A stretch of 64,000 bases of DNA from Zygnema circumcarinatum SAG 698-1b. Taxonomy: Eukaryota > Plantae > Zygnematophyceae. Below, piece by piece: positions 54,544 to 64,000 of this stretch; positions within the stretch are counted from its first letter, which is position 1, and each line of letters opens with the position of its first letter. A program made the position numbers and the translations under genes. The notes beneath the pieces were generated by a model. That model made no database searches. It was not told the DNA's origin and saw only the letters and a program-made list of their open reading frames with translations. The stretch spans positions 372,001 to 436,000 of the forward strand of contig CM074804.1 of NCBI GenBank assembly GCA_037447605.1, given 5' to 3'.

Positions 54544-57500
54544 TCAATTTTCCGTGATTCTCTCCGTTCTTTCCGTTCCGTCCCATTTTAACCTCCTTAG
54601 AGGCCGTCCACTCCGACTGCTGGTCCGTTTCACGCCTCCATTTCGTTCCGTGCCTTCATTTCCGTTGGTTGCTCCCTCCTCCTGCTGATCAGCCAGCTCT
54701 CTCACTCGGGCGAGAACTCGGTCCGGAATGGAGAAGGCGGTTTTGTGCTTCTTTGCTGAACTCTGAACTCCAAAAACCAGAAACCCAAGAGCCGAAAACC
54801 AGAAACCCAAACCCAATATCCTCAGCCGCATCATCAAACCCTAACAACAAAAATGCCAAAAAAGTAATCAAAAACGAAAAAAACAAGCGTCCTTCTTTTC
54901 CAGTCCACGCTTCGAATGTGGAGCCAAGAAGGAACCCCAAACTGTGGAACCCTACAATCCCTGAACCCCAATGACCCTGCTTTCCCTCAAAACATAAAAA
55001 AAAAAAAAAAAAAAAAAGAAAGAGGTCCGCATTTCAGTTGTCACCCCATCTCACCCCTTTCCCGGTCCGCTGAGCGGAGAGCCGGCTCGCCCGGAGGAGA
55101 TTCCGCCACTTGTCCTGTCACGTCATATCACTTCACTACCACAATCACATACAGAACTTGGATAGAGGACACCCACACAAACCCTGACGCCCTCAACCCT
55201 AAACACTTAGGAGACATACCTAACCCTAATCCTCCCTAAACTTGAAACAAAACCTAACACATCCTCAACCGTACCACCCAAAACCAACCCTAGCTGACCC
55301 TGACCCCTAATCCCTTCCTTTTTCAGAGTCTCCAGAGCTCTCAGCACAACTGACCTTAAGGTCGACCGCGGTTCGATATCCGATGGACGAAAAACCGAGT
55401 TTCTTGATTTCCGCCCACTTCCCCCCCCCACACTGAGCCACTCCCTCTATGAGAGTGACTACCTCCCCGAGAGTCCAAGAACGGTGGTGCTTTCGGCGGA
55501 GGCTTCCGGAAGCTGTGAGCTCCTCCTCCTCCCTCTCCTCCGAGGAGCTGCGGGAGAGCTCTCTCCCACGGCGGGAGAGGGTTCGATCTCGGGCTGGGGA
55601 GACTGCATGGCACTGCATGGGAAGGAGAGAAGCGAACGGGAGGGCGGAGGAGGGAGGCGAGGGGGAGGGGGGAGGAGAGAGAAAGGGGCGGAGGGGGCAG
55701 GGATAGGAGGAACATGAAGAGAGGAGGGGGGTGACAGAGAGATAGAAGAGAGAGGGGATCGGGAGAGGAATCGGAAAAATAGATAAAAGGAAAAAAAGGG
55801 AAAAGGGGCAGAGACAGAGAGGACAGAAATCAATGGAAAAAGATGGAACGTAATCTGAAATCTCAATTAAGATTTGAAAATTTACACAGCTCTAAAACCA
55901 AAGACACCCCCCAAAAAAACCAAAAAGCAAATCTCAAGTACTCCCCACTTCCCATTCCCACAGACCCATCTCGAAATCCTACCAAATTCTGAGTGAAACA
56001 AAACTTAAACCATATGAAAAATATAATATAACAAATAAAGATTCCGATTCTTAATTCATTGCATATTTCATTTTCGACAAGCCAGTTTGACTCATGTTTG
56101 ACTCGTACCGTGATTCTATGCTCCGTTCCGTTCAACCGTTTAGCGCCAGGTGACGCCCCCAAACCCTTCTCCCGGCGCGCCCGGGCGGCTCTCTGAGCCA
56201 TCTTGACTAGCTTGACCGCCCTTGACTTCCGCGGAAAACTTCGACCATTCTGTTTGTACCACGTGGCAGTCCCTGATTGGACCTCACCGAACCGATGGTG
56301 CTCTTTCGAATGTACAAAGTGATTCTCGAGCTCCTGCTCACCACCCTCAACGACCAGAAGGAAGGGAGGGAGAGAATGGAGATAGGGAGAATGGAAGAGA
56401 TAGGGAGAAGTGAAGAGATGAGGAAATGGAAAGGCATGAAGAGGGCAGAGATGGGAGGAGGAAAAGGGAAAAAAAGAAAGACAGTGTGGTGTGTTTTTTT
56501 TTAAAGCGCTCTTGGTTTCAAGAGCCTTAATAGTATTTGAAAATTAGAAATATGAGGGTTTTCATGCCTGTAGATTGCTCAGGCTACACTTCAAACACTC
56601 ACCATAATGGCTGCCGTCTTCTGTCTCCCTCCCTCCTCCTCATTCTCCTCCTTTCCCCGAACAATTGTTTCCCTGCCTGTCCCTGGGCTAGTCATAGCCC
56701 CCTTTCTCACTCCCTCGCTTCTCTCTCCATCCTCTCCGAGTAAAGAGAGACTCTTCCCACTCTCTCCTCTACTTTCACATGCCCATAGTGTATCCTCCTT
56801 TGTCACAACCTCCAACCCTTGATGCCTCTCTTCGTGCGCAAAATCCTCCTCTCCTCTTCCTCCTTCCTCCTCTCGCCCTTCGTCCTCTCTCTTTGCCCCC
56901 ACCCTCTCGTCACCTTGATCTACCCCTCTACTCACTCCACCCTCGTCCGCCTCTCCCACCCACCGTCCTTCCCATCCCTCACAAGGCTCCATACTTTCTC
57001 CTCTCTCTTTTCCCTCTCCCTCTCTCTCCGCTCCCGCTCCCCCTCCTCTCTCTCGTCCCACTTTTTCTCTCTCCTCTCCCTCTCCAACTCTCCCCTTCAA
57101 CCTCTCGGGCTCAGCCTCCGTCGCTTCCGCCCCTCTCATCATTCCCCCCTCCGCCGGCCCCCCTCCTCTCCCTATCGTCTCTCTCGCCTCCCCTCCTCTT
57201 CCTCTCCGAGACCCCATCTTCCCCCACCACGTCATCACCTCCCCACCAATCACGGCATGCCTAGCTCTCAAGCTGCCTAAATTATTTATACACCTTGAAG
57301 CCGACAAAGGGAGTAACGACTTCTCAGAGTCTTCCGGAAGGCCATTTATCGATTTTAGCAATTGGATTCCCAACTCATCGCCCCACTTCAACTCTCTTCT
57401 TCTCTCCCTCTCACTCCCCCACACACCCCTGTCACGACTACGCTCCCTTTTCCTTCCTACCTCTGCTGTGGACCCCGCCAGAAGTGCCAACTGTCCCTCT

Positions 57501-59030
57501 CCCCCTCTTCCTTCTAGAAGCCTTCTTCGGCAGACCTCGACTTGCTGCAGTAAAGAGTCCAACACCTGTCACAGCACCATAGGTGCAAAAAAAAGTGATG
57601 TGTCAGCAGCCTGCGTTTCTATGTTGAGTAAAGTTACGGTTAAGGTGTCTCTGCGAGCGCTCCCACTGCGTGACACCTGTCACGAGGCATTATGATTAGT
57701 CCGCCAGGTATCGCACCTGCGCGTGCGTCAACAGCTTCCGCCGTTCACCTTCCATGTCGCCCTTCATCTCATCTGTAAACCAACAAAAGCCCCCACCCCA
57801 ACCCTCAGTCCTCCAAACCCCCAAAAGGACATTCACAAAGGAAAGACAAGGGAGGGAGGAAGGGCGGGAGGGAGGAGGGAGGGAGGGAAACGGTGCCATA
57901 CTCATCAGCGATCCTATGAAACATGAGAACATGTTATTGAACCCAGTAACGGAACACTACATGGTCAAGCAAGATCAAGTATGGTCAAATAAGGTCAAGC
58001 AGAGTTAGCACTGTAGGCAGCGCCCTAGCAACCTCCAAACTACCACTTTTGAAACTGCCACTCGCATTCATGCAACAACCTCATGCAGAGTATTTCATAA
58101 CACACATTCTCCATTGTGTAGAAGGCAACCACCAAAAACATATCTTAACTAACTGTTGCATCTTCCCTGTTCCATTTTGCTTTGTCTACAAAGTGCAGGT
58201 TTACTTTGAAGTTGAGATTCACCATTTTGAGCTTTTCGCCCTCCGTTTGCCTTTTCGTCGTTGGCTGAAACCGTGGCCACAATCCCTTCTTCTGAGCTTT
58301 TCCTTTCTGCCACCATGTTTCCAAAGTCTTCCACTTTAACACCGGAGACAATGCTCCCTGTATCGTCTGTTACATGAATTGCCAGTTCCAACTGATGGGC
58401 TTCTTCTTCTGTACATACAACAAGGGTGCCATCATCCGCCACCTGGCACCAAACTCCACCTCCAAGTTAAACTTCAGTGGATGTGATAAGTAATCTCCTC
58501 TTTAAAAGCTCTGTGTACAAAAAAACACAGCCATGTATGTAATGCAGCGGATGACAGGTAGTGATGTAGCCACTGCAAGTGATGTTGCAGCACAGTGCTG
58601 CTACCTAGTGCAGACATGCATGCACTGGCGTATATTGTTGTAACACATACCCCCCTAATGACGTGACACATGCATGCATTAATGTAGCATTTGGAACACA
58701 TGATGTCACAATCATCAGTATGTTCTCAGTGATGCAACATGCACATGTGTGATGTACTACATGCATACACTACATAACATGCATCTCGATGTGGCACATG
58801 GATGTGGCACATGCATGTGGCGATGTAGCACATGCATTTTGTGATGTAACACATGCATGGAGTGATACAACACACACATGCATGAATGTAAAGCGTCTCA
58901 CCTTGACAAGCGCATAGAGCTGCTGAGCGCTGCTGCAGGGGGGTCCTTTCCCCCCATCATCCTCCGAAGGCAGGACATCGCAGAGGAGCCCCTCCTCTTT
59001 CAACTTTCGCCAGCCGTCCATGGCCGCCAT
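54544..59030 (-). CDS. TRFL: TRF-like telomere-repeat-binding protein with C-terminal telobox Myb/SANT domain
   Basis: Exons 59030-58902, 58442-~58205, 57772-57717, 57565-56603, 56249-56109, 55612-55355, 55114-55055, 54762-54544. N-terminal YALVKVADDGTLV motif; Myb RRKHHRSWTLGEVVTLIEGVAQCGGGKWAEIKKLGFSSIGYRTAVDLK|DKWRNLLRAS; Myb extension SIPDRVLARVRELA. Confidence 0.88.
58600..58890. repeat. Degenerate GATGTRRCACATGCAT repeats (RY/CATGCA-rich) in TRFL intron 1
   Basis: Repeated acatgcat / gatgtggcacatg units. Confidence 0.65.
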
Positions 59031-59128
59031 AGGGACACCTGGCAGGCAGGCGGAGCAGCAGAGTTAGGGCAAACCCACGCAACGACATGCGTGGCTGCAG
59101 CCACATACTCACATGCATCCTAGTCAGC

Positions 59129-59941
59129 CACGTGGTCCAATCCAGAAACGCCACGTGGCAACCACCACATACCTGTCACGGATTCCGACCAATCAGGAAG
59201 CTGCCACCTCAGCCATGGCTTCCCTCTCTTCCTTCCCTCCCTCCCCTCCCTCCCTCCCTTCCTCCCTCCTTCCCTCCCAACCCCTCCCTCCACGGGGACC
59301 CGCAGGCTCGCCCCCGGCCCCGCCTCCTGAACTCCAGACTCCAAAACCCTCCGCTCCCCCTCCTCCCTTCTCCCCTCTTTCAGGCTCTCACGCCACGTGG
59401 CGCGTCGCGCCCTCCTCCGCCTGCCAGGTGGCAGCCCCCCGCAGACCAAGAAGCTGGGAGGAGGCCACGTGGCAGGCGGCCAAACACCAACTGCCGTCGG
59501 CCGGCGCAGTTTTGTGCCGGCGCCGGCGAATATTTGGAGGGGCGGCAGTCAGGGCTAGGGCACGTGGCGGCCAATGGGGGGATGCCACGTGTACAAATTG
59601 GAGACGTGGCAGCCCAACTGGAAATGCTGCTTCGAGAGTCGCGTTGTTGGGCATCGAAGCAAAGTCAAAGTTGCACAGGGCGGACCGATCAATGATTGGA
59701 TCAACCATTGACTCACGACACAGCCAACCATTGTGTTGCATCCCACTGCCTTCATTTTAAGAAATTTCTTAAAAGAAAAACCAAAAAAAAAAAAAAACAG
59801 GTTTGCAACCACGCTGACAGTTTGCAGTTTCATGACATCATTCCTGAGTGGCAGTTTGTTCTCCGGTTTTCCACAAAAACAAAACCGTTCCAACTTGAAC
59901 ATTATCCAATGGGTGCTCGCCACGTGACAATCAAACACGTG
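59129..59941. promoter_or_regulatory. Dense G-box cluster in the bidirectional promoter TRFL(-)/GPRP-like(+)
   Basis: CACGTG at 59129, 59152, 59394, 59466, 59561, 59586, 59921 and 59936, plus GACGTGG at ~59603; several are adjacent to CCAAT. Confidence 0.6.
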
Positions 59942-60076
59942 GCTGATTATGATTGGATGAAACTCGATATAGGGGGCGTGCAAGTGCAGAGAAAAAGGCC
60001 TGCTTCCTCTTCGGCTTGAAAGGAGCGTTGCTCTGTTCTCCTCCTGCAAGCCCTGACCCTAATTCTAACCCTAACT

Positions 60077-61725
60077 ATGTCGTACGGTGAGTGTCTGGAA
60101 CCGCATGCATCACATAATCAATATATTACGCGGTACATCGTCATACAGCGCATGGATGTACTTCTGTCTGTAATTGCTAATCACTTGTTGATGAATTTTT
60201 CAATATATTGCGTTCGTTTCTACATCAGGCAGCGCATAGATCTCGTCTGTAATTGTACATCGCTTGTTGACCATGATGATGATAATAATATTTGCTTGAA
60301 TGTTGTGTTGGGGTCTGCAGATCCTTACTACCCTTATGGCTACCCTCCTCCTCCGGGAGCATATCCTCCTCCTCCAGGAGCGTATCCTCCGCCTCCCGGG
60401 GCCTACCCTCCTCCTGCATACCCTCCTCCTCCCTACGGAGCTCCGTATGGGGGATATCCTCCTGCTCCTTATCCTCATCATCAGCCTCACGGTACGAGAC
60501 CGCCTTTCGCCCTATGTCACACCGCCAATCAAACAGAGAGACTTCTCTGGCTCTGCAAAGCTGTGTAGCCTTTTTCTTCATGGGTTGATGGATTCCACAT
60601 CTGCTCGAAAGTAGTTGGTGAAAAACACGACCTTTTCCTCTCCAGTTCTGGGTACAGGCTCTTCTGTTAGAGAAGCGAGGGAACATCTGCGAGGGAAGCG
60701 GAGTGAAGTCTATTTCTGAGATGTTTTAAAACACTCTTCTTTAGTAGCGAATCTAGACGTGCTTGACCGGAGCCCCCCCCTCGCTCTCTCTCTTTCCCTC
60801 TCTCTGGTAAATTATGAGTTGTTAAGACGCAGACTAGTCGCCTGTTTACAGACGGCACGATTGTTTGTGTAGGCAGAATTTATGTCTGTTTGTTTTCTGA
60901 GAGAGGACATGTCTGGACCTCTCTATACATGTCCGCATGCATCGCTGCTTGCCGGCTCAGTCTTCCCCTGATACTGTTCTCATTCCCATCGACAGCGGTT
61001 GGTAACTTCTCGAATTTATGCTTTCTTGAAACAAAACATTTTCTCATGACTTTGCACTTTCTGAAATGGACAGTCACTTATCATGTTTCGTTTGTTGAGG
61101 AGGACATGCTCTAAAGCTGGATTACTGTACGTGTGTAAGTAGTGCTTGATTTTGATGCGTTGACTGTGGCCTAACTCTTGTAACTTACAAATCGTAGCAA
61201 ATTGGCTTTGCAAGCATGTGCCGCTTGCTTTAGTACTGAGAGATGGATATTAGGATTAGCGTTGACTTTCGTTTGTTGAGAAGTTCTTCCTCGGAGTATA
61301 CTGAAGGTCTTTGGGAGGACATGTAACCCTGAACAGTATGAGCTCCTTTCACATTCTGCAGACAGTGAAGTCAGGGTCAGGATTTGAATCGTTGTTTATC
61401 CGAGATCAACCGAACTGGACAACTGGATCTCACTGGGTTTCACGAACAAATCTAGTTTGTTCCTCTTTTTCTCATTTCGTCATTCGCTACCTGTTGTGTA
61501 TACGTTGGTGCATTTGAGTTTGCAGGACCTGCGGTGATGATTCACACTCCCGGTCATCACCAAATGCCATACGGCCATTTCAAGGGCAAGGGCAAGGGTC
61601 ATGGCTACGGGCACCATGGCTACGGCTACGGGTACCCTAGTCACGGCTACGGGCACTATGAGCACAATCCTCATCATGGGCATGGGAAATGGAAGGTCCG
61701 TCATCTTCACACGTTTTCTCCGTAA
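60077..61725 (+). CDS. Glycine/proline/histidine-rich protein (GPRP-like)
   Basis: Exons 60077-60086, 60321-60491, 61526-~61695/61725. (G)AYPPPP repeats, then His/Gly/Tyr-rich HFKGKGKGHGYGHHGYG...HGHGKWK; stop position uncertain. Confidence 0.7.
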
Positions 61726-62796
61726 TCGGAAACTAGGCATTCTTCCCAAATGGGGCTCAGCTTGCCCCACCTGTAAAGGTCCTAACTGAAGTGGCAGGTT
61801 GGATTTACATTCTTCCGCTTCGTACGTGTACGGTGTGGACCAACCACTGATGTCAGTACATAGAAAGACTTGGAAATTGCGCTTTAAATGTAACCTGAGT
61901 CATGCTTTTACAGAGCCCTATGCTGCTGTCATGGTGCTTACGGGATCTTCTTGCATTAGCAAATCATAAATTTGACTTGGGTGCCTTGCTTTGGTGGTGA
62001 ATTTGGCAGTGATTGGACCCCTGGACGAGTCCTTCATGTATACAGCCGAACCGCCCTCTGTACACGAGGGCAACTGCGATTGTCTTATTCTCGAGCTGAA
62101 GATTTGTATGTCCGAAAGTGCTGTTGTATCATAAGGCCAACGAGTTCCAATGACCAGTGACCAGTGACCAATGACTATTATAGACCTAACAGAATTCCAC
62201 CTGTACTTTCCCGTCTTGTGTTATTGTTGTCTAAACACTCATTTTTTAGAGAGAGGGAGAGGTGTGTGTGAGGGAGAGAGAGTGGGGGGGAGAGAGAGAG
62301 GGGAGAGAGAGAGAGAGGGAGTCACTATCAGTGTATAAACATGGTTTATTTTTCTGTGTTATATCCAATTCAATTGCATTGATTTGAACATCGAAAAGTG
62401 GACCTGCAAATTCATATACATAATTTTTTGTTTTGTTTTTTTTAATTTGGTTGCACTAGAGAAACAAGGATCCACAAGAAAGAGCGAATGATTGCCTTCA
62501 GGAAAAAGGTAAAAAAATGCGTTTTTAAGCCTTATACAAGTGAAAATTTATCAGGGTTTTTTTTCGTGTGTTATGCAAGCCGTCCGTATCTTTTGTACAA
62601 CCCTACACTTTCATCCGTACCACGCCATCACACCGTACTCATCCGTACCGTTTCAAAACCCTCTCCTTTCCGTGCAACGCCAGCCCCTCCCAACCGTCCG
62701 ATCCTCTCCGACCTCCCCGCATCGCTGTCCGCTACAGAACCCATAAACCCTGACATTCCCCGTTCCGTTCCGTTCCGCGAAACGGCGGCTCCCACC

Positions 62797-62825
62797 TATA
62801 AATAGCCTCCCTGCAGATTAGGGTT
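62797..62825 (+). promoter_or_regulatory. TATA box and telo-box of the ribosomal protein P0 promoter
   Basis: TATAAAT at 62797-62803; ATTAGGGTT (reverse telo-box) at 62817-62825, followed by a pyrimidine tract, as is typical of plant ribosomal-protein genes. Confidence 0.6.
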
Positions 62826-63019
62826 CCTCTTCCCTCCTCCCCTCTCGGGTTAAAGCGGCAGCCATAGACGCTGCCCACCTTGCGCCCCCTCAGGCGGGTG
62901 CTTGGCCCCGGGACAGGAGGCTTCAGTTCCTGCATCTCTCACCTCGCATTGGCAGAGTTTTAAGAGAGGTTTAAGAGGGAAAAAGAGAGGTTCAAGGAGG
63001 GTTATAGGAGGAAGTCGAA

Positions 63020-63907
63020 ATGGGGAAGCCTGTGACTAAGGCGGAGAAGAAGGTGGCATATGACAAGCGCGTATGTCTGCTGCTGGCGGAGTACTCCCAG
63101 GCGCTGATCTGCGTGGCGGACAACGTGGGGTCCAAGCAGATGCAGAACATCCGCGCGGGGCTGCGGCCGGACTCCATTGTGCTCATGGGCAAGAACACGC
63201 TGCTCAAGCGAACGATTCGCATGTACTGCGAAAGCACAGGGAACACGGAGCTTTTGTCTCTGCTTCCTCTCCTTCAGGTGTGCTTTGGGGACTACTCGTT
63301 GTACACTCCTCTCTCTTTCTTTCTCTCTCATTCCCAGTCCCTCTCCCTTCCTCTCTCACACTCCCCTCTCTCTCCCGTTCTCCCTCTCCAGCTCGTCCTC
63401 TCTCTCCCTTTCTCTGTCTGTTTCTCTCTCATTCCCCCTCTCTCTCCCTTCCTCTCGCACTCTCACTCCTCCTTTGCTTCCTCTTTCTCTCACCCTCCCT
63501 CTCTTCCTTTCTCACCCCCCCCTTTCTCCCTTCTGTCTCTCACCCCCCCACTCTCCCTCTCTCCCACCCCCACCCCCCGCTCTCCCTTTCTCTCTCTGTC
63601 CCCCTCTTTTTTCCTTCCTCTCTCTGACTCCCCCGCTCGCTTTCATCCTCTCTTTGTCACTTTCTCTCTCTCGCTCTTCTCCTCTCAATACGTAGATGAC
63701 CTGTTTAAATTTTTGGGGAGTACTTACACCTCGAAGTGATTGAATGATCTTGCCTTTGTTTTTGGCCACTAACGGAAGTGTTCATCAAGGAAAATGAAGT
63801 ATTCGTTTGGGTGGGTGGGAAAAAAAATGGGTTTGCAGGGAAATGTGGGGCTTATCTTTACGAAGGGTGACTTGAAGGAGGTTCGGGAGGAGGTTGCCAA
63901 GTACAAG
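63020..63907 (+). CDS. RPP0: 60S acidic ribosomal protein P0 (uL10), 5' part; gene continues beyond the window
   Basis: Exons 63020-63277 and 63839-63907: KAEKKVAYD...[36 protein letters not shown]...LLQ|[23 protein letters not shown]. Confidence 0.97.
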
Positions 63908-64000
63908 GTCAGTTGAAAGCACTTCTTGTTTTGAAGGGATTGGTGGGTTGGTCGAACTTCAGCTTGATGATGTTATTAATGACGATACTGATGATATGTT

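Overview
Eukaryotic nuclear DNA with intron-rich, plant-type genes and long CT/GA low-complexity introns; by inference a streptophyte green alga (Zygnematophyceae-like, not confirmed). The scaffold has 12 placeholder 10-N gaps, mostly at G/C- or CT-rich tracts. Twelve protein genes were assembled by hand from GT-AG sites and reading frame: (1) a ~700-aa plastid CAAD/CURT1-domain protein with a long, exon-repeated coiled-coil tail; (2) a double B-box BBX factor; (3) an ALKBH9-like demethylase with a ~1.94-kb (CT)n run in intron 1; (4) an ETR-like MDR oxidoreductase with a probably artefactual 1,273-bp duplication; (5) a twin-CX9C coiled-coil protein; (6, 7) two tail-to-tail inverted paralogs encoding secreted Pro-rich/fascin-like/GH5 glucanases with patchy homogenisation; (8, 9) two small plastid proteins; (10) a TRF-like Myb protein; (11) a Gly/Pro/His-rich protein; (12) the 5' part of ribosomal protein P0. 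Non-genic structure includes a 23-unit 32-bp CCAAT/GTTAAC minisatellite, a 1,924-bp non-autonomous Mutator-like element with TIRs and an 8-bp TSD, and, between the GH5 genes, a perfect 44-bp palindrome flanked by a hairpin motif that recurs 14 kb away. No rRNA, tRNA or CRISPR array was recognised. Exon models are manual and need RNA-seq; family names come from motif recall, not database searches.
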